From: Malacoraja senta
Taxonomy: Eukaryota
Length of the DNA stretch: 64,000 nt
Assembly: GCA_038087875.1 (NCBI GenBank)
Contig: JAXLNO010000146.1
Location: forward strand, 868,001 to 932,000
Reading direction: 5' to 3'
The notes under the pieces were generated by a model, which was not told the origin of the DNA, did not search any database, and saw only the letters and a program-made list of their open reading frames with translations. Shown one piece after another: positions 25,240 to 37,919 of this stretch. The translations under genes were made by a program, and so were the position numbers. Numbering within the stretch: position 1 is the stretch's first letter; each line of letters begins with the position of its first letter.

Positions 25240-26600
25240 TCGAATGGGATTCAAGGAGAGAAAGCTGAATCGATAGAGAATTGGTTTCATGGAAGGAAGG
25301 AGAGGGTGATGGTGGAAGGTTCCTTTTCGGACTGGAGGCCTGTGACGTGGTGTGCCTTGGGGTTCGGTGCTGGACCCATTGCTGTTTGTCATTTATAGCA
25401 AAGATATGGATGAGAGCATACATGCAGAGGGGAAATATTTAATAGGAACCTTAGGGGTAACTTAACAACGGGTGTAGGAACCTGATGGGTAAATTTTTTA
25501 CACAACGGGTGGTAGGTGTATGGAACGAGTTGCCTGAGGAGATAACTAAGGCAGTAAGCATCGCAACGTTTAAGAAACATTTAGACAGGTCATGAATCAG
25601 ATAGGTTTAGAAGGATATGGGCAAAAGACAGGGTGGTGGGATTATTGTAGATGAGACATGTTGGTCCATGTGGGCAAGTTGGGCCGAAGGGTCTGTTTCC
25701 ACGCTACATGACTCTATGAACTGATCGGTTCAGGAGCATCTGTGAAAGGATCGGTTGTGGATAATGAAGTAGATTTTCAAAGTCTACAGAGAGATTTAGG
25801 CCATTTGGAAGAGTGGGCTGAAAGATGGCAGATGGAGTTTAATGCTGACAAATGTGAGGTGCTACATCTCGGCAGGACAAATCAAAATAGGACGTACACG
25901 GTAAATGGTAGCGAATTGAGGAATGCAGTTGAACAGAGGGATCTAGGAATAACTGTGCATAGTTCCCTGAAGGTGGAATCTCATGTAGATAGGGTGGTAA
26001 AGAAAGCTTTTGGTGTGCTGGCCTTTATAAATCAGAGCATTGAATATAGAAGTTGGGATGTAATGTTAAAATTGTACAAGGCATTGGTGAGGCCAATTCT
26101 GGAGTATGGAGTACAATTTTGGTCGCCTAATTATAGGAAGGATGTCAACAAAATAGAGAGAGTACAGAGGAGATTTACTAGAATGTTGCCTGGGTTTCAG
26201 CAACTAAGTTACAGAGAAAGGTTGAACAAGTTAGGTCTTTATTCTTTGGAGCGCAGAAGGTTAAGAGGGGACTTGATAGAGGTCTTTAAAATTATGAGCG
26301 GGTTAGACAGAGTGGACGTGGATAAGCTTTTCCCATTGAGAGTAGGGAAGATTCAAACAAGGGGACATGACTTGAGAATTAAGGGACAGAAGTTTAGGGG
26401 GAACATTAGGGGGAACTTCTTTACTCAGAGAGTGGTAGCTGTGTGGAATGAGCTTCCAGTGGAAGTGGTGGAGGCAGGTTCGATGTTATCCTTTAAAAAT
26501 AGATTGGATGGGTATATGGACGGGAAAGGAATGGAGGGTTATGGTCTGAGTGCAGGTAGATGGGACTAGGGGGAAGTATTTTATTTTTAATGGCCTGTTT
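25240..26600 (+). mobile_element. CR1 fragments, including an open 275-aa RT C-terminus of a second CR1 family (25742-26569)
   Basis: WQMEFNADKCEV, LVRPILEYGVQFWSP, NFFTQRVV..WNELP. Confidence 0.88.
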
Positions 26601-27061
26601 CCGTGCTGTTATGGTTATATGGTTATAGGAATGGACAAACAGCCCAAAACATTGCTTATCCATTCCCTCCAGAGATGCTGCCTGACCCACTGCATTACTC
26701 CAGCAATTTGTGTTTTGATGGAGCACTTGTCTGACTCCTGCTCCCTTCCCTACGCTTCTCATGTTGTGTGGTTGGAGAAAACATCGACCCTTTCAATGAA
26801 GGCACAAGAAACTAAGGATGCTGGAACCTTGAGCAAATGATCATTGTGATTTTTGGCATGGAATCGGAGAAAACAAAATATTACAACAGATCAAATATAT
26901 AATGGAGTGAAAGGCACAAAAAATAAATATTGACCTGGTGCTAGATTGTGTCAATATCCCACATACATGACATTGGACCGCAACACTAGTTTGTACATTA
27001 ACTGTTTGGTTTCCCATCTCAACTTTGCTTTGGTGTGGGACCTTTAAACGGATCTTCTTAC

Positions 27062-27157
27062 CTTCAGTTTATTTACATCTTCTTCTTCTTCATCCACACC
27101 TTTACAGATATCAACCATTTGTTCATTGAGGGACTCTATTTCTTTCCGTACCATTCC
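27062..27157 (-). CDS. TRIM gene A exon 2 (96 nt, coiled coil)
   Basis: ctctgttccag|GMVRKEIESLNEQMVDICKGVDEEEEDVNKLK|gtaaga; canonical 96-nt phase 0-0 TRIM exon. Confidence 0.9.
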
Positions 27158-27399
27158 CTGGAACAGAGATATTTGAAAAAAAAGTCACTTTGGTCTCCTG
27201 AAAAAGACAACATTTTTAAAGTCTGTTGTCAATGATCTGGAAGATCAACCCCAATTATAGTTTGGCTCAGCTGGTAGAGCAGCCTCACAGCTCCAGCGAT
27301 CTAGTTTCAACCTGGTCCACCAGGTTTGTCCATGTGGCCTTGTCCTTGTGTGGATTACACCCATTTGCTCGTAATTTTTTCCATGTCCCATAAAACAGG

Positions 27400-27960
27400 C
27401 AATCCGGAATGTTTCCAATGACTCTAACCAATTTCTACAGATGCATCCTAGAAAGCATCGTATTAGAATGCATCACAGCTTGGTTTGGCAACTGCCCAAA
27501 ACTGCAAGAAATTGCAGAGAGTTGCGATGTAGCCCAGTCCATCATAAAAACCAGCCTCCCCCTCATCGACTCCATCAATACCACACTTCCTCAGGAAAGC
27601 AGCCAACATAATCTAGGGTTACTTCCTCCCCAGTCATCCTCTCTTCTCACCTGTTGCATCAGTCAGACGATCCAAAATCTTGAAAGTGTGTATGACTTTC
27701 AGGAATAGCTTCTCTCCTGCTGTTATAAGACTATTTAACAGACTCTTATAAGCTATTGGTGTGGTCCCGATCACCCAATCCATCTTCTTGCAACGTTTAC
27801 ATTTTTATAAAATCTGCACTTTCTCTCTAACTGCAGCACTAGACTCAACACTGTTTATTTTTCTCTTTGCACACCTGGTATACTTGTCTATGGGTTGATT
27901 GTACTTATAAATGGCATGACTTGCTTGGATAGCGGGCTGAGCAAATTTTATTCACTGTAT
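27400..27960 (+). mobile_element. Old Rex1/Babar-type 3' fragment
   Basis: LTNFYRCILESIVLECITAWFGNC motif, similar to other Rex-like tails here. Confidence 0.6.
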
Positions 27961-28639
27961 CTCAGTACACTTGAGAATACAAAACCAATACCAAGGGTGA
28001 TTGTTTTCTGTTTGGTAGTTTAAGAGGACACAGTAAATTGCCCCGAGCATACAGGTGAGCGACTGAATCTGGGTAAAGTTGATGGGAAAGTGGAAGGAAT
28101 AGATTACAGGGAAAATTATTGGGAAATAAGGTCGCTCTCTATGCTGGCGTAGACAGTGGGCTGGAATAGCCTTCACCTATATCACAAGGATAAACAGAAT
28201 TGGAATTTGGTCGTGGTTCATTATTGTTATGTGTACTGAGATGCAGTGAAAATCTTGTGTTTGTGTTCCATGCAAACACATCAGGTAATACTATACATGA
28301 ATACAATCAAACAAGTACAATAGTAAGATCAAAGAGAAAATACCAGAGTGCAGAATATAGTTCCCAGCAATGGAGCATAACAGTTCCATAGAAAAAGTCC
28401 AATGTCCGCCATGAGTTAAGTTGCAGAATTGGGACTGTATTCTGGCTTAAGACAGGATCTTCCAGAAGTACGGTAAATATGACAGGGGAAGAAGCTGTTC
28501 CCGAGTCTCGCTTTATGGACTTTCAAGCTTCTGTATCTTCCGTCTGATAGGAGCGGGGAGAAGAGGGAATGACCAGGGTGGAAATGGTCCTAGATTTTGT
28601 TGGCTGTTATCCCGCGGCAACGTAGATGGAGTGTCATAG

Positions 28640-29080
28640 TCATAGAATCTTGCAGCGTGGAAACAGGCCGTTCGGCCCAGTTTGCCCTCACCAGCACTAG
28701 TCGCACCTGCTTGCGTTTGGCCCATATCCCTCTAAACCTGTCCTATCCACGTACCTGTCTAAATGTTTCTTAAATGTTGAAATAGTACATGGATCAACGG
28801 CCTCCTCTGGCAGCTCATTTCATGCACCTACCTTTCCCCCTCACTCATTTCATCCCCTATCTTTCCCCCTCACTTTAAACCTATGTCCTCTGGTTCTCGA
28901 TACCACTACTCTGGTCACGAGACTCTTTGCATCTACCCAATCTATTCCTCTCATGATTTTATACACCTCTACAAGATCACCCCTCATCCTCCTGCGCTCT
29001 GAGGAAAAGAGTCCTAGCCTGCTCAGATTCTCCCTAAAGCTGAGGCCCTCTAGTCCTGCCAATATCTTCATCAATCTTCT
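28640..29080 (-). mobile_element. CR1 3' fragment
   Basis: ERRRMRGDLVEVYKIMRG...TRGHRFKV. Confidence 0.8.
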
Positions 29081-30060
29081 TTCACCCTTTCCAAATGTCT
29101 ATGGTGGGGAATCTGGTCTGGATGATTGCCTGGGTGACGTCCACAACTCTCTGCAATTTCTTGCTGCTTCAGGCAGAGCTATTCCCAAACCAAGTAGCGA
29201 TGCATCCCGAAAGCCTGATTTCTTCATTGCATCTGTAGAAATTAGTAAGAGCCGTTGGAGACATGCTGGATTGCTGAGGAAGTGGAGGAATTGGTGTGCT
29301 TTTGTGGCTGTAGCTCCAAAGTATTTGGTCAAGGACAGAATTTGCATTCATAATTATAATAACAATTTAAAAAATGGGTGAAGAGAGATGAAAGGTATAA
29401 TCTAAGAATATATGAAATTGGAGCAGATGTTGATAACATGGCTCCGTGTGTCTTTCACCTGAGCACCACCCACTTCCCTTCCCGATTCTCAAGATCCTCG
29501 TCTCTCTTCGGGGCAAATTCTCTCTTGAACGTATTTAATGACCTTTACTCCACAACTCTCTGCAGTAGACTATTCCAAAGATTCGCCATCCTCAGTGGAG
29601 AAGTTTCTCCTCTTCTCCATCTGAAAAGAGGAACTGCTTATTTTTGAATAACGACCCTGTTTTTAGATTTTAAATCATCTTCTCAACATCTATCTTGCAA
29701 ATCCCCCTCATAACCTTCCATGTTTCAACAAGGTCACATCTCGTTCATCGAAGCAGCAATGAATACTGACCAAACCTGCTCTACCATTACTCATAGGGCA
29801 AACACATCATTGGAGCAATCAAACAAATATGCATTATCTGGGCTGCCTTCAATGTAAGTTATCTTCTCCATAAAGGGCCTGTTTCCCTGCTGTATCTCTA
29901 AACTAAACTAAACTGCAGATGTTAGAATCTTGTGTAAAACACTGCTGGAAGAACTCCGCGGGTCAGGCAGCATCTGGGGAAAGAACTAACAGATGGATTT
30001 ACAGGTTGGGTCTCAAGAAGGGTTCAGAATGTTGTCTCTATTAGAGGGCATTACCTATAA

Positions 30061-31890
30061 GTCACGTCAAATCAAGTCACATTTATTTATATAGCACATT
30101 TAAAAAACAACTCCCGTTGGCCAAAGTGCTTTACATTTGTTATAAGAATAATATAAACAAACAAACTACATACATATATACATATAGCCCTCGCTCAGAG
30201 GACGTCAAGAAAGGCTTGGGAATATAGATAAGTTTTTAGTCTGGACTTAAAGGAGTCGATGGAGGGGGCAGTTCTGATGGGAAGGGGGATGCTGTTCCAC
30301 AGTCTAGGGGCTGCAACTGCAAAGGGGCGGTCGCCCCTGTGCTTATGCCTAGACCGCGGGATATTCAGCAACCCCAAGTCGGCCGATCTGAGGGACCTGG
30401 AGTTGGAGTGGTGGGTGAGAAGACTTTTAATGTAGGTGGGGGCAAGCCCATTGAGGGCTTTGTAGACATAGTGGAGGATCTTGAAATGTATACGGAACCG
30501 CACAGGGAGCCAGTGGAGAGAGGCCTGGATCGGGGTGATGTGGTCCCTTTTTCGGGTGCCCGTCAGGAGTCTCGCTGCGGCATTTTGGACCAGTTGCAGG
30601 CGGGACTGGGAAGATTGGCTAATGCCAGTGTAAAGGGAGTTGCAGTAATCTAGGCGGGAGGAAATAAATGTGTGGATGATCTTTTCGAGGTCATCAAAGT
30701 GGAGGAATTGTTTTATTTTAGCTATCGTCTGAAGCTGAAAGAAGCTAGCTTTTACCACGGCATTGACTTGTTTGTCAAATTTCAGTGCTGAGTCAAATAT
30801 CACGCCAAGGTTTTTGACATGAGGTTTGAGTAGTGGGGTAAGGCTTCCAAGGCTGCCTGCTATCATTTTGATTGAGTCCGAGGGGCCGAGAAGAATGACC
30901 TCAGACTTAATCTCGTTTAGTTGGAGGAAGTTCTGGGCCATCCAACACTTTATATCCTCGAGGCAGCGGGTAAGGTTAAGCAGATTTGATTGGTTTTTGG
31001 GCTTCAGGGGGAGATAGAGTTGTGTATCATCTGCGTAGCAATGGAAGGAAATGCCGTGCCTTTCAATGACTTGGCCTAAGGGGAGCATATACAGGGAAAA
31101 GAGAATGGGGACAAGGATGGAACCTTGTGGAACCCCACAGCAGAGATTAGCTGGGGTGGAGAAATAATTGCCTATGTTAGTCGAGAAACTCCTACCTTTG
31201 AGGTAGGAGATGAACCAGCTCAGGGCAGTGCCACCAATACCAACCCCGTACCGGAGACAGTCAATTAGGATGGTGTGGTCGACAGTATCAAATGCTGCGC
31301 TGAGGTCAAGAAGGAGCAGGATTGCACAGTCGCCGGAGTCAACAGTGAGCAGTAGGTCATTGTCTACCTTCAACAAGGCAGACTCTGTGCTATGGTGAGC
31401 CCGGAAACCTGATTGGAAAGTTTCCAAGTAAGGCATAAGTTGACTTAAAATTACCTTTTCAAGGGCTTTTGAGAGGAAAGGCAGTTTAGAAATGGGTCTC
31501 TAGTTGCTTAGCAAGGTGGGCTCGAGGTTAGGTTTTTTCACGAGTGGCTGGACCACCGCATGCTTGAAGCAGGTAGGTACAGTGCCAGTGGCCAGAGAGC
31601 TGTTGAAGATGGCGAGGATGCTGGGACCGGCTGTTGTAATGACATCCTTCAGGAGGGCAGAGGGGACAGTGTCGAGGGGGCAGGTAGTAGGTTTCATGGT
31701 GGTGATCAGTTTTACAATGGAGGGTAGAGTAACGGGTTGGAAACAATCTAATTTTGAAAAGCAGACCAATGAGACAGCCAGGTCACGGGTGGGAGGGGAA
31801 ATATTTGTTCTTATGTTTTTTACCTTGCTGGTGAAAAATGTAGTAAATTCCTCGCACTTAGCAGCGGTTGTGGCTGAGGAGCGGTTGTTT
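30061..31890 (-). mobile_element. L2-clade LINE 3' portion with an open 413-aa RT (30195-31436)
   Basis: QSGFRAHHSTESAL, LLDLSAAFDTVDH, GVPQGSIL, YADDTQLY, SRLDYCNS, LHWLPV; L2 tail tgtaaagcacttt...gtgctatataaataaa. Confidence 0.92.
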
Positions 31891-32894
31891 TCTCCAGAAT
31901 GTCAGGGGGTGAAGGGAGACCCCATAGATGTTTATAAAATTATCAAAGGCATAGATAGGGTGGACAATCACAAAATTTTCACCACAAAAGGTAGGAAATG
32001 TCAAAGACTAGAGGCATTACTTTTAGGTGCGAGTTTAAAGGAGATGTGCAAGGCAGATATGAAAGAGGCTTTTAGGAGATTTTTTGATGCACACATTAAT
32101 ATGGGAAGGACATGGATCATATGCAGCAAGAGATTTGTGGATGTAACCCAGTCCATCACAGAGACCACTCTCCCCACCATTGACTCAATCTATACTTCAA
32201 GCTGCTTCGGAAGAGCAGCCAAATTAATTGAGGACCTTTCCAAGCCTGGTCATTCCTTCTGCTCCCTGGTCCTGTCAAGCAGAAGATTCAGAACCTTGCA
32301 AGAACGCACCTTCAGAGTCAAAAACAGCTTCTTCCCCTCTTATTAAACTTCTGAATGGTCCTTTCAAAATCGAGGCAACAAACCTGATTTTCTATCCTAC
32401 ATTATTGCAGGCATTGGACCTTTTCTGTGGAACTGTTACATTGTTTAGTTTAATTTAGTTTAGTGATACAGCGTGGAAACAGGCCCTTTGGCCCACCAAG
32501 TCCGCGCTGTACACAGGAGGGACAATTTATAATTTTTACTGAAGCCAAATTAACCTACAAACCTGTACATCTTTGGTGTGTGGGAGAATGTACGAACTCA
32601 ATACAGACAGCACCCATAGTCAGGATTGAATCTGGGTCTCTGGCGCTGTAAGGAAGCAACGCTACCGCTGTGCCACCATGCCACCCCTGATTATAATGCT
32701 GAGAAACTATATTCTGCACTCTGGTATCTTTCTCTTGGCTCTGGATTTTCCTCGTGTTTGGCTTGTTTAGATTATTTTATAGTATTATCTGATTGATTAG
32801 ATAAGCACACAAACAAATGCTTTTCACCGTACCTTGGTACATGTGTCAATAATAAACCTAAACCAGAGAGGATTAGTTAAACAGCGTCATGGTC

Positions 32895-34575
32895 AGCACA
32901 GATATTGTGGGTCAAAATACTTGTTCCTGTGCGCTATGTTTCTATGGTCTATGAAACTGTGAGCTGAAGGGTCAGTTCTTGCCCTGTACTTTTCTATATT
33001 CTATAACATTGTGGGCTGAAGGGCCTGCTCTAGTGCTGCATCTTTCTATGTCCAACGACACTGGGGGCTGAAAGATCTGCTCCTGTGCTGTACTTTCCCA
33101 TAGAAAGACACAAAGTGCTGGCGTAACTCAGCGTATCGGGCAACATCTCTGGAGAACATGGATAGGAAACCATGAGAACCTCTCTCTCACTTGGAAAGTC
33201 TGTTTGTGTCCCTGGAAGGAGGTGACCTTTCTATATTCTTTGACATAGTGGGTTGTAGGGCCTATTTATGTGCTATATTTTTCTACTTTCTATGACACTG
33301 CGGGCAAAAGGGCCTGTTCCTGTGCTGTATATTTCTGTTATAAAACACTGTGGGCCAAAGGGCCTGTTTCTGTACTATAGACAATAGACAATAGGTGGAG
33401 GAGTAGGACATTTGGTACTTCGAGCCAGCACCGCCATTCAATGTGATCATGGGTGGTCATTCACAATCAGTACCCCGTTCCTGCCTTCTCCCCATATCCC
33501 CTGACTTCGCTATCTTTAAGAGCCTTGTCTAGCTCTCTCGTGAAAGTATCCAGAGAACCGGCCTCCACCACCCTCTGAGGCAGAGAATTCCAGACTCACC
33601 TCACTCCAGGTGTGGTCTCATTGGGGCCCTGTACAACTGCATCTGTATTGAATACTGCTCTGTATTCTATGGCACTGTGGGCCGAAGGGCCTGTTCCTCT
33701 GCTGTATTTATTAGAGAAGATAGATACAAAATGCTGGAGTAACTCAGCGGCTCAGGCAGCATCTCTTGAGAGAAGGAATTGTTGACATTTTGGGTCGAGA
33801 CGACCCATTTTCCCTAGCGATACTGCCTGTCTCGATGAGTTACTCCAGCATTTTGTGCCTATCTTCAGTTTAAACCAGCATCTGCAGTTCCTTCCTACAC
33901 TACTTTTCTAAATTCTATGATACTGTAGGCCGAAGGGCCTGTTCCTGTGCTGTACTTTTCTATATTCTATGACACAGTGGGCCGAAAGGCCTGTTTCTTT
34001 ACTGTACTGTACTATATTCTATGACACAGTGGGCCGAAGGGCCTGTTCCTGCACTGCACTTTTTTTTTTATAGAAGATCGACACAAGATGCTGGAGTAAC
34101 TCAGCAGGACAGGGAGCATCTCTGGAGAGAAGGAATGGTTCACGTTTCGGGTCAAGACGACCTAAAACATCTCTCTACCGATACTGCCTGTCCCCCTGAG
34201 TTACTCCACCATTTTGTATCTATCTTTGGATTAAACCAGCATCTGCAGTTCCTTCCTACACTGTACTTTTCTATGTTCTATGACACTTTGGGCCGCAGGG
34301 CCTGTTTCTGTGCTGCACTCTTCTATATTCTCTGACAGTGGGCCGAAGGGCCTGTTCTGTGCTACACTATTCTACAGTCCCCAACAGAGTGGGCCGAATG
34401 GCCTGTTCCTGTGCTGCAATGTTTTATGTTCTATGACACTGTGGTCCGAAGGACCTGTGCTGTACTGTTCTATCTGCTCTGACAGTGGGCCGAAGGGCCT
34501 GTTTCTGTGCTCTACTTTTCTACATTCTGTGACACTGTGGGCCGAAGGGCCTGTTCCTGTCCTGTACTACTCTCT
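32895..34575 (+). repeat. Minisatellite of ~52-bp units derived from the CR1/V-SINE 3' tail
   Basis: Unit like tctatgacactgtgggccgaagggcctgttcctgtgctgtacttttctatat (period 52 at 33961/34013), interrupted by CR1 and Penelope-derived inserts. Confidence 0.88.
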
Positions 34576-34658
34576 GTTCTGCATGGTGGGTGAGGACTGG
34601 GTGGACAGAGAGGTCTGTTTCCAACCTGTAGAAGTTTACTGTGAGCGCGGGTTCCTAC

Positions 34659-35072
34659 CTTATAGAGTTCAGCGGCCTCGCCAATCGGGCTGGTGCAGTG
34701 GCCCTGGTGATCGCGGGACGTGGCGCAAACCACACAGATCGGCCTCCGGTCATCGCTGCAGTAAACCTTCAGCCTTTCGTCGTGCTCCTGGCAGCGAAGC
34801 TCCGTCTGAACCACCGCCTCGTCCAGTCTGAGCTTCATTGCATTCTCCACTATGTTGGACACGATCCGGTTGGGTCTGAGCGTCTTCTCGGGCAGCAGCG
34901 CCCGGCACTGCGGACAAGTGATCGTCCCTCGCTCCGACTGCCAGTGCCGGACGATGCAGGTCCGGCAGTAATTGTGGCCGCAGTCTATCATTACAGGATC
35001 GACAAAGAAATCCAAGCAGATGGGGCAAAGCGCCTCATCTTTCATCGACTGTTTCACGTCTATGCTCGCCAT
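34659..35072 (-). CDS. TRIM gene A exon 1: RING (C3HC4) + B-box 2 of a class IV TRIM (TRIM39/TRIM27/NF7-like)
   Basis: MASIDV...CPIC-x11-CGHNYCRTC...CPQC RING; CQEH...YCSDD..ICVVC...DHQGH B-box. Ends AAELYK|gtagga donor; 414 nt, phase 0. Confidence 0.95.
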
Positions 35073-35104
35073 TGCTGTCGCCCTCTCCGAGTCCCGGACG
35101 GTGA

Positions 35105-35116
35105 AGTTTCACTTTC
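35105..35116. promoter_or_regulatory. Interferon-stimulated response element (ISRE/IRF-E) just upstream of TRIM gene A ATG
   Basis: AGTTTCACTTTC matches AGTTTCNNTTTC, 33-44 nt upstream of the ATG in a CpG-rich patch; ETS-like ACCGGAAAT at 35137-35145. Confidence 0.7.
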
Positions 35117-35611
35117 GCTCTGCTGGAAAAGCGGCGATTTCCGGTACATTTCTTTACACAAATCGACAGATTGTAAAGATAGACACAACAATACTGGAGT
35201 TTTTTCACTCAGCGGGTCAGGCAGCCAATGCCTCTTCTCCCGAGATGTTACCCGACCCACTGATTTACTCCAGCATGTGGTGGGGAGAGGGACAGGGTAG
35301 TGTTTACCACTTTTTGTCATCTCCTTCATTCCTGGGCGTCCGAGTTGCTGAACCAGGCCGTGATGCAACTGGTCAACATGTTCTGTACTGTACACTTGTA
35401 GAAGCTCAAGAGTATTTGTCGATATACCGAATATCCTCAATTTGAAAAAAAAATCTCCTAAGGGAAAAAAATAAAACACTTAAAATATAGTGTGGGTGGT
35501 TGCTGGAGTCTAGGCAAATTGGGGAGAATGAAATGAGATTATTGTATGATTGGTACAGAGTCACTATATCGCTGGAGTGAAATACAAAGTGCAGGAGGAA
35601 CTCAGAGGGAA

Positions 35612-36500
35612 TAGGGAGGTTTCACGGCAGTCGGGTCACGACCCATGACCCGTACTGTTGCTACGCTACGCCAACTGGAGTACATGCGATGAACAGCAGG
35701 TAAGTACTTACCATTGTTTCCAGCGTAGCGGGCCCGTTAAAACCCGCCGAAATGGTCAATTTTTGCGCTGTAAATAATTATGGAATTATGGAATTAAGCG
35801 TGAGAGACATTTAGCCTACTTCAGTATTCAAAAAGGGAGGAGAAACGACGGTAGATAGAAGCGAGAGCTGAAGGGACAACAGCCAAAGTGCTTGTCGAAT
35901 ATTGGCCTTGCTCACTGCATTTCATCAACTAAGGCATTATTTGTGTTTTTTCTTGATTCCTTTGGCATCTAAAAAGTTTCAGAAGGGATACATCTGGCTG
36001 AAAATTTTGAAAATCGCCCATGGTTCTCAAATGGGTTTTTACATTCAAAAAGAAAACGCCTCCGAAGCAAAATTTACAACCAGATTTATCACTTCTGAGA
36101 CTTTTTAGATACCAAAGGTATCAAGAAACCCCCCAAATAATGCCTTACTGTTGATGAAATGCAGTGAGTAAACGCGATAATTCCCAATATTTTCAATTCC
36201 GATATCTGCACGGCCAATGTTCGCCAAGCACTTTAGCTGTTGTTGTCCCTTCAGGTCTCGCTTCTATTTACCTTCATTTCGCTTCACTTTTGGAATTCTG
36301 AAGTTGGGTACATGTCTCTCACACTTACCACGACTTCCACAATCTTTTACAGCGAAAAATATCACCATTTTGGCGGTTTTTAACAGGTAGGAAAGCACGC
36401 GTTTCTTGCATTCATAACATATACCGGAAGTTACATATGTCCTCCAGATGGATTGAGCGGCTCCGTGCGTCAAGCCCTATGACCCAGTGACCACCCCATA
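35612..36500. repeat. ~0.9-kb imperfect palindromic element (long-TIR non-autonomous DNA transposon)
   Basis: ctcactgcatttcatcaac / gttgatgaaatgcagtgag and tagaagcgaga.ctgaagggacaac / gttgtcccttcaggtctcgcttcta; centre near 36035. Confidence 0.8.
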
Positions 36501-37919
36501 GGCAGGTGATGTTTTGGATCGAGATCTATCTTCGGAAGAGTAGTAAGGGGGAGGGGGGTGGAGAAAGCTGAAAATAGAGAGAGGTGGGGCAGGACAAATC
36601 CTAGCATGTGATGGGTGGATACAGATGAGGGGGAGGTGGTAGATTGGCAGATGGGTGGACAAAGGCAAGAGGTGAAAAGTAGACAAAAGGGTGTCAGGGA
36701 AAATGAGTGAACTGTAAAACCAGAGAGAGGGATAGGGCTCAAGGAAAGAGCGTTCATGTCGCGGCCCTGTTTCCACCAATCTTTCCACCACCATGCACAA
36801 GAAGCACAAGGAGCGCAGGACAGACACAATTGTATGCAGATGCCGAGAAGGGAGTTCAGCTCTGGATGAACAACTTCTAATCTGGTGTATGGACTCGATA
36901 AGAAGAAAAGAGAGGGATATAGATGGAAGGGGAAAGGGGGAAAAGTGGGTTAGGATGGTGAAAGTAAAGGATGGAAACTGGGAGTGGATTCGCTGGAAAT
37001 TGAGGGGGCATGGGGTGGTGGGTGGGGGGTTGGTGGGGGGAGGTTACTTAAAACTGGAGAATTTAATGTTCATATTGTTGGGTTTTAAGCTGTCAAAATG
37101 GAATATGAGGGGCTGCTCCTCCAGTTTGCAAATTGCCCCACTCTGGCAATGGAGGAGGCCCGAGACAGAAAGGTCAGTTTTGGATTGAAGATAGACACAA
37201 AATGATGGAGTAACTCATCGGGTCAGGCGGCATCTCTGGAGAAAAGGAATAGTTGACGTTTCGGGTCGAGGTCAGGTTTGGAATGGGAAGGGGAGTTAAA
37301 ATGTTTTGCAACCGGGAGATCCAGAAGGCTTTGATGGACCGAGTGCAAGTGTTCAATGAAGGAGTTGTATCATTGTGTATGTGTATGTGAATCTGTGTTT
37401 GCATTGTTCCATCCCATCCCTGCAAATTAAGGCCAGACACCCCTTGGGCCCCGATACATTAGGGGCAGATAGGCTGCTCGGCCCACTGAACTTTTCAAAA
37501 GACCAGCACACAGATGAAAGCAGAGACATTTCCTTCAGATTTAAAGAGATTCAGCATGTCACCAAAAACTCAAAATGCGGAGTAACTTAGCAGGTCTGGC
37601 AGCACGTGTGGAGGAAATAGAAAGGTGATGTTTTGGATCGGGACCCTTCTTCATTCCCGACCAGAAGCATCACCCATCTATCCACTCAGTCTACAGATGC
37701 TGCCTCACCCACTGAGCTACTCCAGCACTTTGTGTTTTTCTCCAGGGTCCAGTATCTTTAGTTCCATGTATCAAAATGTAGATATATATGCCCTGTAGAA
37801 ATGCTCCTCAGTTCAGTTCAGTTTTACTGAGGTGCAGGGAATCAGGATACAAGATACACCATTCTTGTGCATATGACAATAAACTCGACCCAACATCTTC
37901 AATACCTCCCTCTGCCAAT

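Noticed and set aside
31504..32346. 280-aa plus-strand ORF
   Set aside because: Antisense L2 joined to CR1 and Rex-like fragments.
32895..34575. Regularly spaced repeats resembling a CRISPR array
   Set aside because: Eukaryotic context, no unique spacers and no cas genes; units are degenerate LINE/SINE tails.
34280..35445. Plus-strand ORFs of 157-219 aa over TRIM A exon 1
   Set aside because: Antisense shadows of a GC-rich exon and adjacent repeats; no recognisable domain.
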